DNA from: an uncultured Phycisphaeraceae bacterium
GTDB taxonomy: Bacteria > Planctomycetota > Phycisphaerae > Phycisphaerales > UBA1924
Assembly (NCBI GenBank): GCA_964484185.1
Contig: CAZAEQ010000002.1
Span: 144,013 to 208,012 of the forward strand
DNA: 64,000 nt
Reading direction: 5' to 3'
The translations under genes and the position numbers were made by a program. This document shows positions 10,314-20,026 of the stretch, piece after piece; position 1 is the first letter of the stretch; every line of letters begins with the position of its first letter. The notes below the pieces were generated by a model that saw nothing but the letters and a program-made list of their open reading frames with translations, was not told where the DNA came from and searched no databases.

Positions 10314-10583
10314 GTGCCCGCCGTTGCGAAATTCCAAACTACTCCGAACCCCAATGCTCTCAAATGCGTGTTGAGCACGCCTATCAGCACGGGTCCGTTC
10401 CCCCGTTCATACTTTACGTCATCGGCCGTCGAATCGGATGCGCTCGCGGCAAAACTATTTTCTTTGCCAGGAGTTACTAACATTTTGATTCAGGAGACCT
10501 GGGTGACGGTTTCCAAGGCTCCGGAAGCGAAGTGGGCGACACTCAAGCCGCAGATCGAGGCGATTTTTGCCCAGGCGCTCTGA
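10314..10583 (+). CDS. Nfu/NifU N-terminal-like domain protein (start uncertain)
   Basis: KFQTTPNPNALKCV ... LFSLPGVTNILIQETWVTVSK matches the Nfu_N scaffold-domain pattern. The only in-frame ATG (10248) overlaps the divergent cdaA start, so a GTG at 10314 is proposed. Confidence 0.45.
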   Translation: MPAVAKFQTTPNPNALKCVLSTPISTGPFPRSYFTSSAVESDALAAKLFSLPGVTNILIQETWVTVSKAPEAKWATLKPQIEAIFAQAL

Positions 10584-11664
10584 ACAAGCCGCGAACAAAC
10601 GATTCCGTGCAGATCAGGAACTGATCGAGCGATTACTGAATTGGTTCGAGACCAGCGCCCGCGATCTGCCATGGCGACGCACAGGGAAGGCTGGCCAGCG
10701 CGATCCCTATATCACGCTGGTCTCGGAACTGATGCTGCAGCAGACACAGGTCTCGCGCGTACTTGAGAAATTTGAGCCTTTTCTGCGGCGATTTCCCACT
10801 ATTTCGACACTGGCAGAGGCGCCGGAATCTGCGGTGCTAGCGGCGTGGTCCGGGCTTGGGTATTACCGTCGAGCACGACTGCTGCATGCGGCGGCGAAGA
10901 AGGTCCAGAGCGATTTTGGCGGCACGTTACCCGGCCCCGTTGAATCGCTCTTAACGATTCCGGGAATTGGCCGGTATACCGCGGGCGCGATTTCGTCTTT
11001 AGCATTTGGAAACGCGACGCCGCTGGTTGATGGAAATGTGACCAGAGTTCTCCTTCGCATTTCAGCGCGGCCGGGAAAGCTCGGCGACAAGGAAAGCGAT
11101 ACGTGGGCCTGGCAGAGGGCCCGAGAACTCGTGGAGCAGGTCCCTTCAGGTCGACACGGCGCGTGGAATGAATCGCTGATGGAACTTGGGGCAACGGTGT
11201 GCACGCCGCTGGGGCCGAAGTGTGAGAAGTGTCCGGTGCAGGCAATTTGCAACGCATTTCGCGATGGGCTGGTTGAAGAGATTCCAGCACCCAAGGACGT
11301 GAAGAAGCGAGTGACGGTGTATTGGGCGACGGTGGTGATTCGAGATCGGGCTGGGCGGTTTCTAATCAGGACGCGGCCAGCTTCCGGACTCTTTGCTGGG
11401 ATGGCGGAAGCGCCGACGCTGGAGTCTGGAAAGCGGGCGAGTGGGAAGGAAGTTTTGAGATTTGCGCGGGAAGTGTGCGGACAGGAGATTGTGATCCACA
11501 AAGTCGGATCACTGGGGCATCAACTGACGCACCGGGACCTTGCATGTGATGTGTATCAAGGAGAAGTCCCGAAGGCATCAGGCGGGGATTGGATTGCGCC
11601 GAAGTCTGTTTTTGGTCTTGCGCTCTCGAATATTCAGCGGAAGATCATTGAGTTGGCAGAGTAG
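10567..11664 (+). CDS. mutY: A/G-specific adenine DNA glycosylase MutY
   Basis: HhH-GPD region LMLQQTQVSRVLEKFEPFLRRFPTISTLAEAPESAVLAAWSGLGYYRRARLLHAAAK. 4Fe-4S cluster cysteines CTPLGPKCEKCPVQAIC. A C-terminal NUDIX-like domain is present. Confidence 0.9.
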   Translation: MPRRSEQAANKRFRADQELIERLLNWFETSARDLPWRRTGKAGQRDPYITLVSELMLQQTQVSRVLEKFEPFLRRFPTISTLAEAPESAVLAAWSGLGYYRRARLLHAAAKKVQSDFGGTLPGPVESLLTIPGIGRYTAGAISSLAFGNATPLVDGNVTRVLLRISARPGKLGDKESDTWAWQRARELVEQVPSGRHGAWNESLMELGATVCTPLGPKCEKCPVQAICNAFRDGLVEEIPAPKDVKKRVTVYWATVVIRDRAGRFLIRTRPASGLFAGMAEAPTLESGKRASGKEVLRFAREVCGQEIVIHKVGSLGHQLTHRDLACDVYQGEVPKASGGDWIAPKSVFGLALSNIQRKIIELAE

Positions 11665-11680
11665 GAGAGGGAGCAGTGTC

Positions 11681-11820
11681 TTTCGCCCCCGATTGTTGTG
11701 AGTGGCTTCAGCCACTTTGAATTTGGCTCTCGCCCCTTGGGCGCTCGGTCGTTGCGAGTGGCTTCAGCCACTTGCAGGTGTTCCTTTGGATCTTCGGCCC
11801 TTTGGGCCGGCCATTCAGCA
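11681..11820. repeat. REP-like palindromic repeats (left flank of the RAYT gene)
   Basis: Two copies of the hairpin agtggcttcagccact (11701-11716 and 11757-11772), the palindrome ggccctttgggcc, and a roughly 37-bp unit gctctcgccccttgggcgctcggtcgttgcgagtggc. Confidence 0.7.
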
Positions 11821-11834
11821 CCAACGCACCATCT

Positions 11835-12287
11835 TCAATCAAGTACATCCTCGGCGATGAACTCCATGTCGTGCAGCCGGTGCAATTCGATGACCTCCTG
11901 TTCGTAAGTTTGCCGCAGATGGTGCTCTTTCTGCCGAACGATGTACTCCTCTACTCGCGGCACCAGCGAGCGGCTCACCGTGAATCCGCCGAAACCCTCC
12001 TGCCAGCCGCGCCACGATGAGCGCGGAAACGTCTCACCCAACCATCGAGATGACCTGCCTTTGACGTTCTGAAGCATGTCGGAATGGCTGAGGTCCGGCG
12101 GGTAACGAACCAGCGCGTGCAAGTGATCGGGCATCCCGTTTATGCCAAGCGTGGTGCATCGGAGCTCATTCAGGATGCCGACGATGAATGGGTACAGCCG
12201 CGACTCGATCTCGGGAGAGACTGTCTGCTCGCGACGTTTGGTGCTGAAAACGATGTGGTAGTAGTTCTGGGTCCATGAGCGGGGCAT
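11835..12287 (-). CDS. IS200/IS605-family Y1 (HUH) transposase, REP-associated tyrosine transposase (RAYT/TnpA_REP)
   Basis: HUH motif HLHALV, conserved YIVRQ...H region, typical length of about 150 aa. REP-like hairpins flank it on both sides. Confidence 0.82.
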   Translation of the reverse strand: MPRSWTQNYYHIVFSTKRREQTVSPEIESRLYPFIVGILNELRCTTLGINGMPDHLHALVRYPPDLSHSDMLQNVKGRSSRWLGETFPRSSWRGWQEGFGGFTVSRSLVPRVEEYIVRQKEHHLRQTYEQEVIELHRLHDMEFIAEDVLD

Positions 12288-12304
12288 GTTGACAGAATAT
12301 CCGA

Positions 12305-12460
12305 TCGTCGGCCCAAGGGGCCGGAAATTAGTGGGACTCTCTGCAAGTGGCGAGCGCCCAGGGGGCGAAATCCATCAAGCCCGAAGTCAACAACTTGCAT
12401 TGTCACACTTACACTCACTGAGGCCACTCGCAAGGACCAAGCGTCCAGGGGGCGCGAGCA
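12305..12460. repeat. REP-like palindromic repeats (right flank of RAYT)
   Basis: ggcccaaggggcc (12310-12322), gcaagtggcgagcgcccagggggcgaaa (12343-12370), and gccactcgcaaggaccaagcgtccagggggcgcgagc (12423-12459). Confidence 0.7.
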
Positions 12461-12501
12461 TTTACAGCTAGAGAGCGACACAACCGCTCCTATCATTAAG
12501 C

Positions 12502-13995
12502 ATGCCCGAACGTTCGATTGAAGCAGCATCTGGTTCTGACGCCCGCGCGCAGGTCTTGATTGTCGAAGATGAAATTGATCACGCAGAAGTGATGGCGGAA
12601 GCCCTGCGCAAGCCCGGCCACGTGTGCACCATTGTCCACAGTGTGCCCAAGGCGGTTGATGAACTCAAGCATGGCGCGTTTGATGTGATCATTACCGATC
12701 TGCGCATGCCCAATTCCGGGGGGTTTGAGGGGATTGCGCCGGATGGTGCGGATGCGGGATTGAAAGTGCTGCGGTCGGCCAAGTCGTTTCAGCCGGCGGC
12801 GGAAACGATTATGGTTACCGCTCATGCCGATGTGCCCACCGCACGGGCAGCGTTCAAAGAAGGGGCGTATGACTTTATTGAGAAGCCGCTCGACCTTTCG
12901 GTGTTCCGCGAATTGGTAAACAAGGCAGCCCAAACTGTCCTTCTGCGGCACGAGAGTGGGCAGCTTTCTGAACTTGTCCAGCATGAAGGGTTTGAAGGGA
13001 TCATCGCTGGCTCTGAGCCGATGCGACAGATTTTGCGAACGGTCAAGAGCGTGGCGGCGAGTCCGCAGCGAGTGCTTATCACGGGTGAATCTGGAACTGG
13101 CAAGGAGCTGATTGCGCTGGCGGTGCACAAGAACAGCGGGCGGGCGAGCAAGCGGTTTGTGGCGTTGAACTGTGCCGCGGAAGCCGAGAATTTGCTTGAG
13201 GATCAGTTGTTTGGCCATGTACGTGGAGCGTTTACGGGCGCTGAGAAGGACCGCGAGGGCGTGTTTGAATACGCCAGCGGCGGGACGCTGTTTCTGGATG
13301 AGATCGGGGATATGCCGCTATCTATGCAGGCCAAGCTGCTTCGAGTTTTGGAAACTGGCGAGGTTGTAAGGCTGGGGTCGAACGACCCGCGCAAGGTCGA
13401 TGTGCGGCTGGTCAGCGCGACCAACAAAGACCTGAAGAAGATGATTGACTCCAAGGAATTCAGGAACGATCTGTACTTCCGCATTAAGGGTGCGGAAGTA
13501 AGGTTGCCGCCGCTGCGGGAGCGGCGCGAAGATATTCCCCGGATTGTGCGGCATGCGATCGTCCGAGCGGCAGAAAACATGGCTAAGGCCAACGGGAAGA
13601 CTCTGGCATCGACCGCGGTTCCGGACATTACCGATCCGGCGTTGATGCGTCTCACGAGTTATTCGTGGCCGGGGAACGTGCGTCAACTGCTCAATGTGGT
13701 TGAGAACATGGTTGTCGTGGCGATGGGCGAGGTGAATGGTGCGGGCGGAGCGCCTGCGAAGCTTGATCTGCGGCATATTCCTGACGAAGTTCGTATTAAT
13801 GATGATGAGCCGATGGAGTCTGCGGGGATGGGAGTGACCGGGTCTTTGGCTGGAACGACCCTGGAGCAGATCGAAAAACGGGCTATCCGGGAGACGTTGA
13901 GGCTGACCGGCGGCAACCGTGAGCAGGCGGCGGAAATGCTTGGATTAGGCGAGAGAACGCTGTATCGCAAGCTAAAGGACTATGGACTGCGTTAA
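12502..13995 (+). CDS. Sigma-54-dependent response regulator (NtrC/Fis family): receiver, AAA+ and HTH domains
   Basis: Receiver domain ([18 protein letters not shown]...[10 protein letters not shown]). Sigma-54 interaction domain ([28 protein letters not shown]-like). C-terminal Fis-type HTH ([21 protein letters not shown]). Confidence 0.9.
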   Translation: MPERSIEAASGSDARAQVLIVEDEIDHAEVMAEALRKPGHVCTIVHSVPKAVDELKHGAFDVIITDLRMPNSGGFEGIAPDGADAGLKVLRSAKSFQPAAETIMVTAHADVPTARAAFKEGAYDFIEKPLDLSVFRELVNKAAQTVLLRHESGQLSELVQHEGFEGIIAGSEPMRQILRTVKSVAASPQRVLITGESGTGKELIALAVHKNSGRASKRFVALNCAAEAENLLEDQLFGHVRGAFTGAEKDREGVFEYASGGTLFLDEIGDMPLSMQAKLLRVLETGEVVRLGSNDPRKVDVRLVSATNKDLKKMIDSKEFRNDLYFRIKGAEVRLPPLRERREDIPRIVRHAIVRAAENMAKANGKTLASTAVPDITDPALMRLTSYSWPGNVRQLLNVVENMVVVAMGEVNGAGGAPAKLDLRHIPDEVRINDDEPMESAGMGVTGSLAGTTLEQIEKRAIRETLRLTGGNREQAAEMLGLGERTLYRKLKDYGLR

Positions 13996-14063
13996 CGGGA
14001 CGTCGGTAACAGATTTGTATTAGATTCCAATGGAACCACTGTGCACGATTTGCAGCACATGGT

Positions 14064-15221
14064 ATGATATTGGCTATGGGTACTCACCCTCGTGGTCAGC
14101 GTGAAATAGTTGAACAGCCTGAATCTGACGACGAAGAGCCGTTGCCGGAGCTGCCGGGGATACGCACACTTGTGTATGTCGCGGCGGGAGTCTTGGCATT
14201 AACGCTTCTGTCGCCGCTCTTTTTTGACTCGCATCGGGGCGAGCTTTTTGCAGTCGCGGCGGGAAGTGTGGTTGGCGGCTGTGTGCTGGCGGCTGTCATC
14301 GGCACTATTGCATTCAGCGCGAGCGGCAAATCAAAGCGAGCGACGTGCATTGGTGTATCGGCGGGGCTGCTCATAGCCGCCATCGGCGTGGTCACTGTGA
14401 CATCGCTGATGAATGGGAAGTTTGAGGAACGAGATCAGATTGAAGCCAATGAAGCAACCGACCAGGTTGCCAAGCTCATGGCCATGCAGTTGCAACGCGC
14501 AGTGGAAACGAGCAGTTCAGCGCGATGGGTGTATTCAGGTGAAGCGCTGCAGACGCTTGCGGAACGGATGCGATTTGAGAACGAAGGAAAGCTGGTTGCC
14601 AAGCTGATTCGAGGGTGCCAGCCAGCGATCACCGAACTTGCTCAACTGAGCGAGGCCCACTTGCAGGCCGTCACGAAGCTGCACGTGAGCGGTCTGACGG
14701 GTGCATCGATCAAGACAAAGAAAGACTGCGATGCGCGGCTTGAAGAACTGAAGGCACTTGACAGCACAGCGCAGGCGGAGCTGGAAGCGCTCAAACTGCT
14801 GCCGCAGCGATTGCAGGAAGAGCTTCTGGCAGGCGGAATTGAACCAGCAGTAGTCTATCAATTGATCGGCAAGATCAAGGTTCAGGAGAGAATGGCTGCG
14901 GCAATTCAACTGCGTGAACTTGATACCCAGTATGCAAAGCACGCAACTTCATTTGTCACATTCATGCGTGGCTGCTCCGGCAAGTGGAGCCTGATTGCGA
15001 AGAACGATGAACCAACCATCTATTTCGCACAGGGAGTAAACATTGGAGAATACTCGCGCCTGAAACGCCTGGTAAACGATGTGTATGACCGCGAACTGGC
15101 GATTCAGGAACAGACGATGAAGATCGCCACTCTGGGAATTTCGGGCGGCAAGGGCGGCAAGAACGCGAATTCACTGCCGCCGAATGGGACATCCAGTTCA
15201 AGCAACGCGAATATTCGATAG
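14064..15221 (+). CDS. Hypothetical membrane protein with a coiled-coil region
   Basis: Two N-terminal TM helices followed by a long helical segment with coiled-coil character. No family recognised. Confidence 0.4.
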   Translation: MILAMGTHPRGQREIVEQPESDDEEPLPELPGIRTLVYVAAGVLALTLLSPLFFDSHRGELFAVAAGSVVGGCVLAAVIGTIAFSASGKSKRATCIGVSAGLLIAAIGVVTVTSLMNGKFEERDQIEANEATDQVAKLMAMQLQRAVETSSSARWVYSGEALQTLAERMRFENEGKLVAKLIRGCQPAITELAQLSEAHLQAVTKLHVSGLTGASIKTKKDCDARLEELKALDSTAQAELEALKLLPQRLQEELLAGGIEPAVVYQLIGKIKVQERMAAAIQLRELDTQYAKHATSFVTFMRGCSGKWSLIAKNDEPTIYFAQGVNIGEYSRLKRLVNDVYDRELAIQEQTMKIATLGISGGKGGKNANSLPPNGTSSSSNANIR

Positions 15222-15315
15222 CCATTGGGATTCGGTGTGTCGCACTGGACCGTACAGGCACTAGGCATTTGGCACTAGGCATTAGTGAAAGCCAGAGACC
15301 CAGGGACGAGACCAT

Positions 15316-15780
15316 TCAGTTAATGGTGTTTGGCGGAGTTACTGGCTCGAGTGTTGGGGGGATGCCCATGACTGCCAGGTTTCGCATGTTAGCTTTCCAT
15401 GCAAAGTCAACGACGTCGCCGACGAGCATGATTTCGCCGAGAATGAAGTCAATGCAGATATTGGCCGTCATTCGCAGCACTTGATTGCTTGTTGCGCCGA
15501 TCTTGATCGCGTCGTACATAATAAAAAGCGAAACACCGGTGGTAAGACAATCGCCAAGAACTGGGACGAGGCCCACAAGCGGATCAATTCCGATTGAGAA
15601 CTGGGTGCCTGGAATCCGAAAGCAGGAATCCATGAGGCGTGCGAGCTTCACCATGCGGCGAATGCGCCGAGCCCGATCGGGATTCTGCAACTGATCAGCC
15701 GCTGGCTCTGGTCCTGGTTGTTCCGGGCTGTTTGGCCCAACATGAACGGGCGGACGCAGAGCGGGAAGATTTTCAGACAC
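15316..15780 (-). CDS. DUF4112-like membrane protein
   Basis: SIGIDPLVGLVPVLGDCLTTGVSLFIMYDA resembles the DUF4112 core. Confidence 0.5.
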   Translation of the reverse strand: MSENLPALRPPVHVGPNSPEQPGPEPAADQLQNPDRARRIRRMVKLARLMDSCFRIPGTQFSIGIDPLVGLVPVLGDCLTTGVSLFIMYDAIKIGATSNQVLRMTANICIDFILGEIMLVGDVVDFAWKANMRNLAVMGIPPTLEPVTPPNTIN

Positions 15781-15789
15781 CGTTGTTTC

Positions 15790-16539
15790 CTACTTCTTTT
15801 CGCCAGGCGCCGGCGGAGCCGCAGGGGCTGTCGGCGCTGCAGGAGCTGGCGGGGCGGTGGGTGCTGTGGTTCTTCCAAGTGCGGTGTCGATCGCTTTCGT
15901 CAATTCATCGCCGACGTTGACCTTGTAGGGCTCGTTGGGGATCTTCGCTTCATCGGCGCGGGTTTTGGCATTCTTAAAGAACTGACGAAGCTCTTCGTCG
16001 GTCACCACCTGCTTCATCTGCATCTGGTTGTTGGGACCCTGGATTGTGACCGGGGCCATGATGTCTTTGATCGTTTGCAGTGCGATTGACTTTTCCACGA
16101 TGCCACGCGAAGCGCGTTCGAGGGCGAGACGGCCTGCTTCTTTTTCTTCCTTGGGGAGCGCACTGTTCTTGATGTGCTGTTCGTCGATCCCATAGACAAT
16201 GGCGAGCGGGAGAAGCGGGCCCTGAGCAAGTTCTTCAAAGATCTTGCCGAACTGCTGAGCGTCGATCTTTCCGCTCTCAAAGTCACGGGTGACCTCATCG
16301 ATCTTGCCAATGACTTTTTGCTTCTGGTCGGCAGGCATCTGTGATGAATTCACGATGCTGACCGTGCCGCTGCGAGCCATCGTTCCGACCCAGCCCTTCC
16401 ACTTGAAGGCAACGAGAATTCCGCCGCCAATGATGAGGAGGAGCAGGATTCCGGTGGCGATCAGGCAGCCGGTTTTGAAGCTGCCGCGGCGGGAGCGGAA
16501 AAGGAACGATGTACTGGCAGAGTTCGAAAGGCTGGACAT
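15790..16539 (-). CDS. Hypothetical membrane-anchored protein with a Pro/Ala-rich C-terminal tail
   Basis: Start placed at the internal ATG (MSSLSNS...) just before the single TM LIATGILLLLIIGGGILVAF. The tail ends APTAPPAPAAPTAPAAPPAPGEKK. Confidence 0.4.
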   Translation of the reverse strand: MSSLSNSASTSFLFRSRRGSFKTGCLIATGILLLLIIGGGILVAFKWKGWVGTMARSGTVSIVNSSQMPADQKQKVIGKIDEVTRDFESGKIDAQQFGKIFEELAQGPLLPLAIVYGIDEQHIKNSALPKEEKEAGRLALERASRGIVEKSIALQTIKDIMAPVTIQGPNNQMQMKQVVTDEELRQFFKNAKTRADEAKIPNEPYKVNVGDELTKAIDTALGRTTAPTAPPAPAAPTAPAAPPAPGEKK

Positions 16540-16746
16540 GAATGCGCTCCGTGAATGACTGTTTGCCCAAAATGGCGGCAGGAAGTGTACGGCAGGGCCG
16601 GGAACTGGGCCCGCAATGTTATTTGGAAGATTGCGAGCGGGCTTTCGGGTGGGGGTCTTCGGCGGTGAATACAGCAACAGAGCGCAGAGATTGCTTGAAA
16701 TTGTCAGTTTGCCGCCCAGCGGCGGCCTGTGGAAGTACCATGTGGC

Positions 16747-17883
16747 ATGAGCACCACCAGCACTTCACGCCAGCTTACTTACGCCGCCGCCGGTGTGGAT
16801 ATTGATAAGAAAGACGCTTTCACGGAATCGCTGGGATCGATCATGAGACGGACGCACGGGCCGCGCGTGATTGACAACCCGGGTGGGTTCGCGGGGCTGT
16901 TCAGACTTGATTACAACCAGCGGCTGTTTGCGCGGAACTACAAAGATCCGGTGCTGGTGGCGTGCTGCGATGGGGTTGGGACGAAGGTGAAGCTCGCCGC
17001 TCAGATGGGCGTTTTTGACACGCTCGGGATCGACCTTGTCGCGATGAATGTGAACGACTTGATTGTGCAGGGTGCGGAGCCGCTGATCTTTTTGGACTAC
17101 ATCGCTGTGCCGCAGCTTGATACCAAGATGTTGACGGACCTTGTGCGCGGAGTTGCGGAGGGGTGCAAGCAGTCAGGATGTGCCTTGCTTGGCGGCGAGA
17201 CGGCGAACATGCCCGATGTGTATGGCAAAGACGATTTTGACATGGCGGGATTCTGCGTGGGAGTTGTCGAACTGAAACGCGCGGTCAATCCCAAGTTTGT
17301 GAAGCCCGGCGATATTGTGCTGGGGCTGGCGAGCCATGGGATTCACTCCAATGGGTACACGCTGGTGAGAAAGATTGTGGAAGAGGCTGGGCTGGATTTG
17401 AAGAAGGTGTATGAGGAACTGAATGTTGAGGTTGGTCGCAAGAAAGCGAAGAAGGGCAAGAACGCCAACAAGCGGACGCTGGGCGAAGTTCTGCTGACGC
17501 CAACGCGAATTTACGCGGCGAGCGTGATGAAAATGCTTAAGAATTACACGGTGAAGAATGTGGTGACAGGGATGGCGCACATTACGGGAAGCGGGATGGA
17601 AGGGAATTTGTGCCGCGCACTACCGCCGAATTGTGATGCGGTAGTTGATACCACATCGTGGCCGGTGTTGCCGGTGTTCAGTTTTCTGCAGAAACATGGG
17701 AATGTTTCGGAAATTGAGATGCGGCGTATTTTCAATATGGGAATTGGGTATTGCGTGATTGTGCGGCCGGCATTTGCAGAATCTGTCGCGGCGACCTTGA
17801 AGAAAAGCGGGGAGACTGTGTATCAGATTGGCAAAGTGGTGAAGGGGAAGGGTCGCGTGATTGAGCAGAGGGCGTCAGTGTGA
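16747..17883 (+). CDS. purM: Phosphoribosylformylglycinamidine cyclo-ligase (AIR synthetase, PurM) with a Lys-rich insert
   Basis: LTYAAAGVDIDKKDAF ... VACCDGVGTKVKLA ... DLVAMNVNDLIVQGAEPLIFLDYIA are classic PurM motifs. The insert is VEVGRKKAKKGKNANKRTLGE. Confidence 0.9.
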   Translation: MSTTSTSRQLTYAAAGVDIDKKDAFTESLGSIMRRTHGPRVIDNPGGFAGLFRLDYNQRLFARNYKDPVLVACCDGVGTKVKLAAQMGVFDTLGIDLVAMNVNDLIVQGAEPLIFLDYIAVPQLDTKMLTDLVRGVAEGCKQSGCALLGGETANMPDVYGKDDFDMAGFCVGVVELKRAVNPKFVKPGDIVLGLASHGIHSNGYTLVRKIVEEAGLDLKKVYEELNVEVGRKKAKKGKNANKRTLGEVLLTPTRIYAASVMKMLKNYTVKNVVTGMAHITGSGMEGNLCRALPPNCDAVVDTTSWPVLPVFSFLQKHGNVSEIEMRRIFNMGIGYCVIVRPAFAESVAATLKKSGETVYQIGKVVKGKGRVIEQRASV

Positions 17884-18588
17884 CGACTGCGAGAGAATCA
17901 CCGCCGCGGCGGCAACGGCGGCGGTTTCAATCCGCATGATGTGCGGGCCGAAGCGGCAGATGCGGGCTGGTGAGTTTTTCAGCATTGTGAGTTCTTCGGG
18001 AGTCCAGCCACCTTCGGGGCCCACAAGCACGCGAAGATGCGATGCTGGCGGCGTCGATTGGACAAACGGTTCGCCTGAGGCATCGCACACAATGACCTGT
18101 GCCGCGGAAGCAAGTGCCTGCTTGATCGTTCCGCCCTCACCGATCTCTAGATTCCACGCGCGGCCGCACTGTTTGCTGGCTTCGGTCGCGATTCGTTCGA
18201 GTCGCTGCAATTTACTCTCACGCGGGTCAACTACGCCGCGGACTGTTTCGAGCGGATGCCAGCTTGCGGCCCCCACTTCGCTCAGGCCTTCGATCATTTC
18301 ATCGAGGCGGTTGCCCTTAGGAGTTGCGCTCCAGATTTCGAGCCTGGGGGAGACTGGCGGGACGGTGCGGATTTCCCGAATCTGGAGTTCCATGGTCCAT
18401 TCGCCGGTCCGGGGGAGCTTCAAAATTGAAGAAATGACACACAAAGCGACAATTCCGGCCCCATTTTGCACTTCCAGGGGGTCTCCGGCCTGCAAACGTT
18501 TGACTCTTATGGCATGATGTGCTTCATCGCCGCCGATAATGAGGGCGGCGGCGTTGGGATCAAGGTTGACTGATAGGACTCGATGCAT
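17875..18588 (-). CDS. rsmE: 16S rRNA (uracil1498-N3)-methyltransferase, RsmE family
   Basis: The N-terminal PUA-like HHAIRVKRLQAGDPLEVQNGAG plus the C-terminal LVGPEGGWTPEEL signature. Confidence 0.8.
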   Translation of the reverse strand: MHRVLSVNLDPNAAALIIGGDEAHHAIRVKRLQAGDPLEVQNGAGIVALCVISSILKLPRTGEWTMELQIREIRTVPPVSPRLEIWSATPKGNRLDEMIEGLSEVGAASWHPLETVRGVVDPRESKLQRLERIATEASKQCGRAWNLEIGEGGTIKQALASAAQVIVCDASGEPFVQSTPPASHLRVLVGPEGGWTPEELTMLKNSPARICRFGPHIMRIETAAVAAAAVILSQSSH

Positions 18589-18753
18589 CGCTACGGCAGC
18601 GTATTCCTTATGGGGCGTGACAGTTGCGTGGTAGTTGGATAATGCAGGGTCCCGCGGCGGTTATGTGTTGGCGCTGCGGCATGATGGGCAAGTAAAGAGC
18701 GGACCGGTCCGATTCCTCAAGAAGGCGTTTTTTCACATTTGTGAAGAGCACGT

Positions 18754-19977
18754 ATGTCTGAGGCAAAGGTTGACAATCCCGCTACTACCAACTCGCTTGA
18801 ACAGCAGTTGGATGTGCTGTTGGACAAAATGCAATCGGACCTGAGCGAGGCGGGCGAGCAGCTTGCTGCCGGATCGGCCTCGGCGGCGGACAGTGCATCT
18901 GTGAACGTAACGGCCGAGGAATCGTTTGACCAGGAACTTGAAGCTGAGCTGACCTCGCAAACTTCTTCGGCGAGCATGGAGACTCAACCTGCGGCAGAAT
19001 CGCCACAGGCGGTCGCCGCGGTAGCAGGTGAAAACTTACCTGCTGCGGAAGAAACTGAACCGGCGACTGCGCCGGCAGCGAGTGCGAACTTTGCAACCAG
19101 TGGTGAGGAAGTCACAGAGTCGCTCGATTCAGCGGTGAGTGAAATGATGGCTGATGCTTCTGCATCGCTCGCGGCGGCCGAAAACGAGCCAGTTTCGAGC
19201 GCGGCCCCTGTACAAGTTCCGCAACGCCGAGAAGCGGCGCCGGTTGCGGAGGTTCCCGGTCCTCAAGCCGGTCCGACTGCATCAACTGTTCAAGCATCGT
19301 CGGTAGAGGATCTTGATTCGCAGCTGGCTTCGTTGACAGAGCAACTCTTGAGCGAGCCCGATGATGGGGTCGCTATGGCGGTTGCGGCTGCTCCGGCTGC
19401 CGCGCATCGCGTTGCAGTTTCCAGTCAGGATGCACATCCAGCTTCGACGCTGAAGACTCCCGAGGTGAAGGTCACTGCTGAGAAAGCCAAATCGACCGCT
19501 TCGGACAAAGTCGCGGTTTCTGCGGCTGGCACGAAGTTGCCGGCCCTGCAGGCGGGCGCGCTTTCGCCTCTGCTTGTGCGAGTTTTGAGCCCCTTGTCTG
19601 CGCCACTGAACAAGTACCCCAAAGTGGTTCGCGACACCTTGGGATGGGTTTCGCTGATCACGCTCTTCTGGGCTATGACAATCTGGGCGTACCTGTTGTT
19701 TTTCCATAAGCCGGTCGATGCGGAGATACCCGAATCAGCGCCGCATCTTGCTGGCGATACAACACAATCTGGACACGATGACCAGGGCAAGAGCGGCCAT
19801 GAAAACGCCGCGAAAAGTGGTAAGGATCACTCTGGCAGAGTTTCGGACCATGAGGGCGAATCGAGTGCGGGCCATGGCGAGCCAGCGAAAAAGCCTCATG
19901 GGACGGCTGATTCCCATGCTGAGACCGCGAAGACGCAGCAGCCGCACAAGTCGCCTGATGAGCATGGCAGCCACTGA
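18754..19977 (+). CDS. Acidic low-complexity protein with one C-terminal TM and a His/Lys-rich tail (hypothetical)
   Basis: Ala/Glu/Ser-rich N-terminal 280 aa, the TM WVSLITLFWAMTIWAYLLFF, and a tail of HDDQGKSGHENAAKSGKDHSGRVSDHEGESSAGHGE... Confidence 0.4.
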   Translation: MSEAKVDNPATTNSLEQQLDVLLDKMQSDLSEAGEQLAAGSASAADSASVNVTAEESFDQELEAELTSQTSSASMETQPAAESPQAVAAVAGENLPAAEETEPATAPAASANFATSGEEVTESLDSAVSEMMADASASLAAAENEPVSSAAPVQVPQRREAAPVAEVPGPQAGPTASTVQASSVEDLDSQLASLTEQLLSEPDDGVAMAVAAAPAAAHRVAVSSQDAHPASTLKTPEVKVTAEKAKSTASDKVAVSAAGTKLPALQAGALSPLLVRVLSPLSAPLNKYPKVVRDTLGWVSLITLFWAMTIWAYLLFFHKPVDAEIPESAPHLAGDTTQSGHDDQGKSGHENAAKSGKDHSGRVSDHEGESSAGHGEPAKKPHGTADSHAETAKTQQPHKSPDEHGSH

Positions 19978-20026
19978 TTCGCCGCGCAGGCGTTCCTACC
20001 ATCGCCGGACTTAATCCGGAGCAGCT

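Larger units (their letters stand above)
11681..12460. mobile_element. REPtron: RAYT gene bracketed by inverted REP copies
   Basis: The right-flank unit gccactcgcaaggaccaagcgtccagggggcgcgagc (12423-12459) is about 31/37 identical to the reverse complement of the left-flank unit at 11726-11762. There are extra gcaagtggc / ggcccaaggggcc hairpins at 12310-12370. Confidence 0.65.

Noticed and set aside
13996-14063. Possible sigma-54 promoter (tgcacgatttgca) downstream of the NtrC-like activator gene.
   Set aside because: Spacing and the -24 GG element do not fit TGGCACG-N4-TTGCW. The match is too weak to call.
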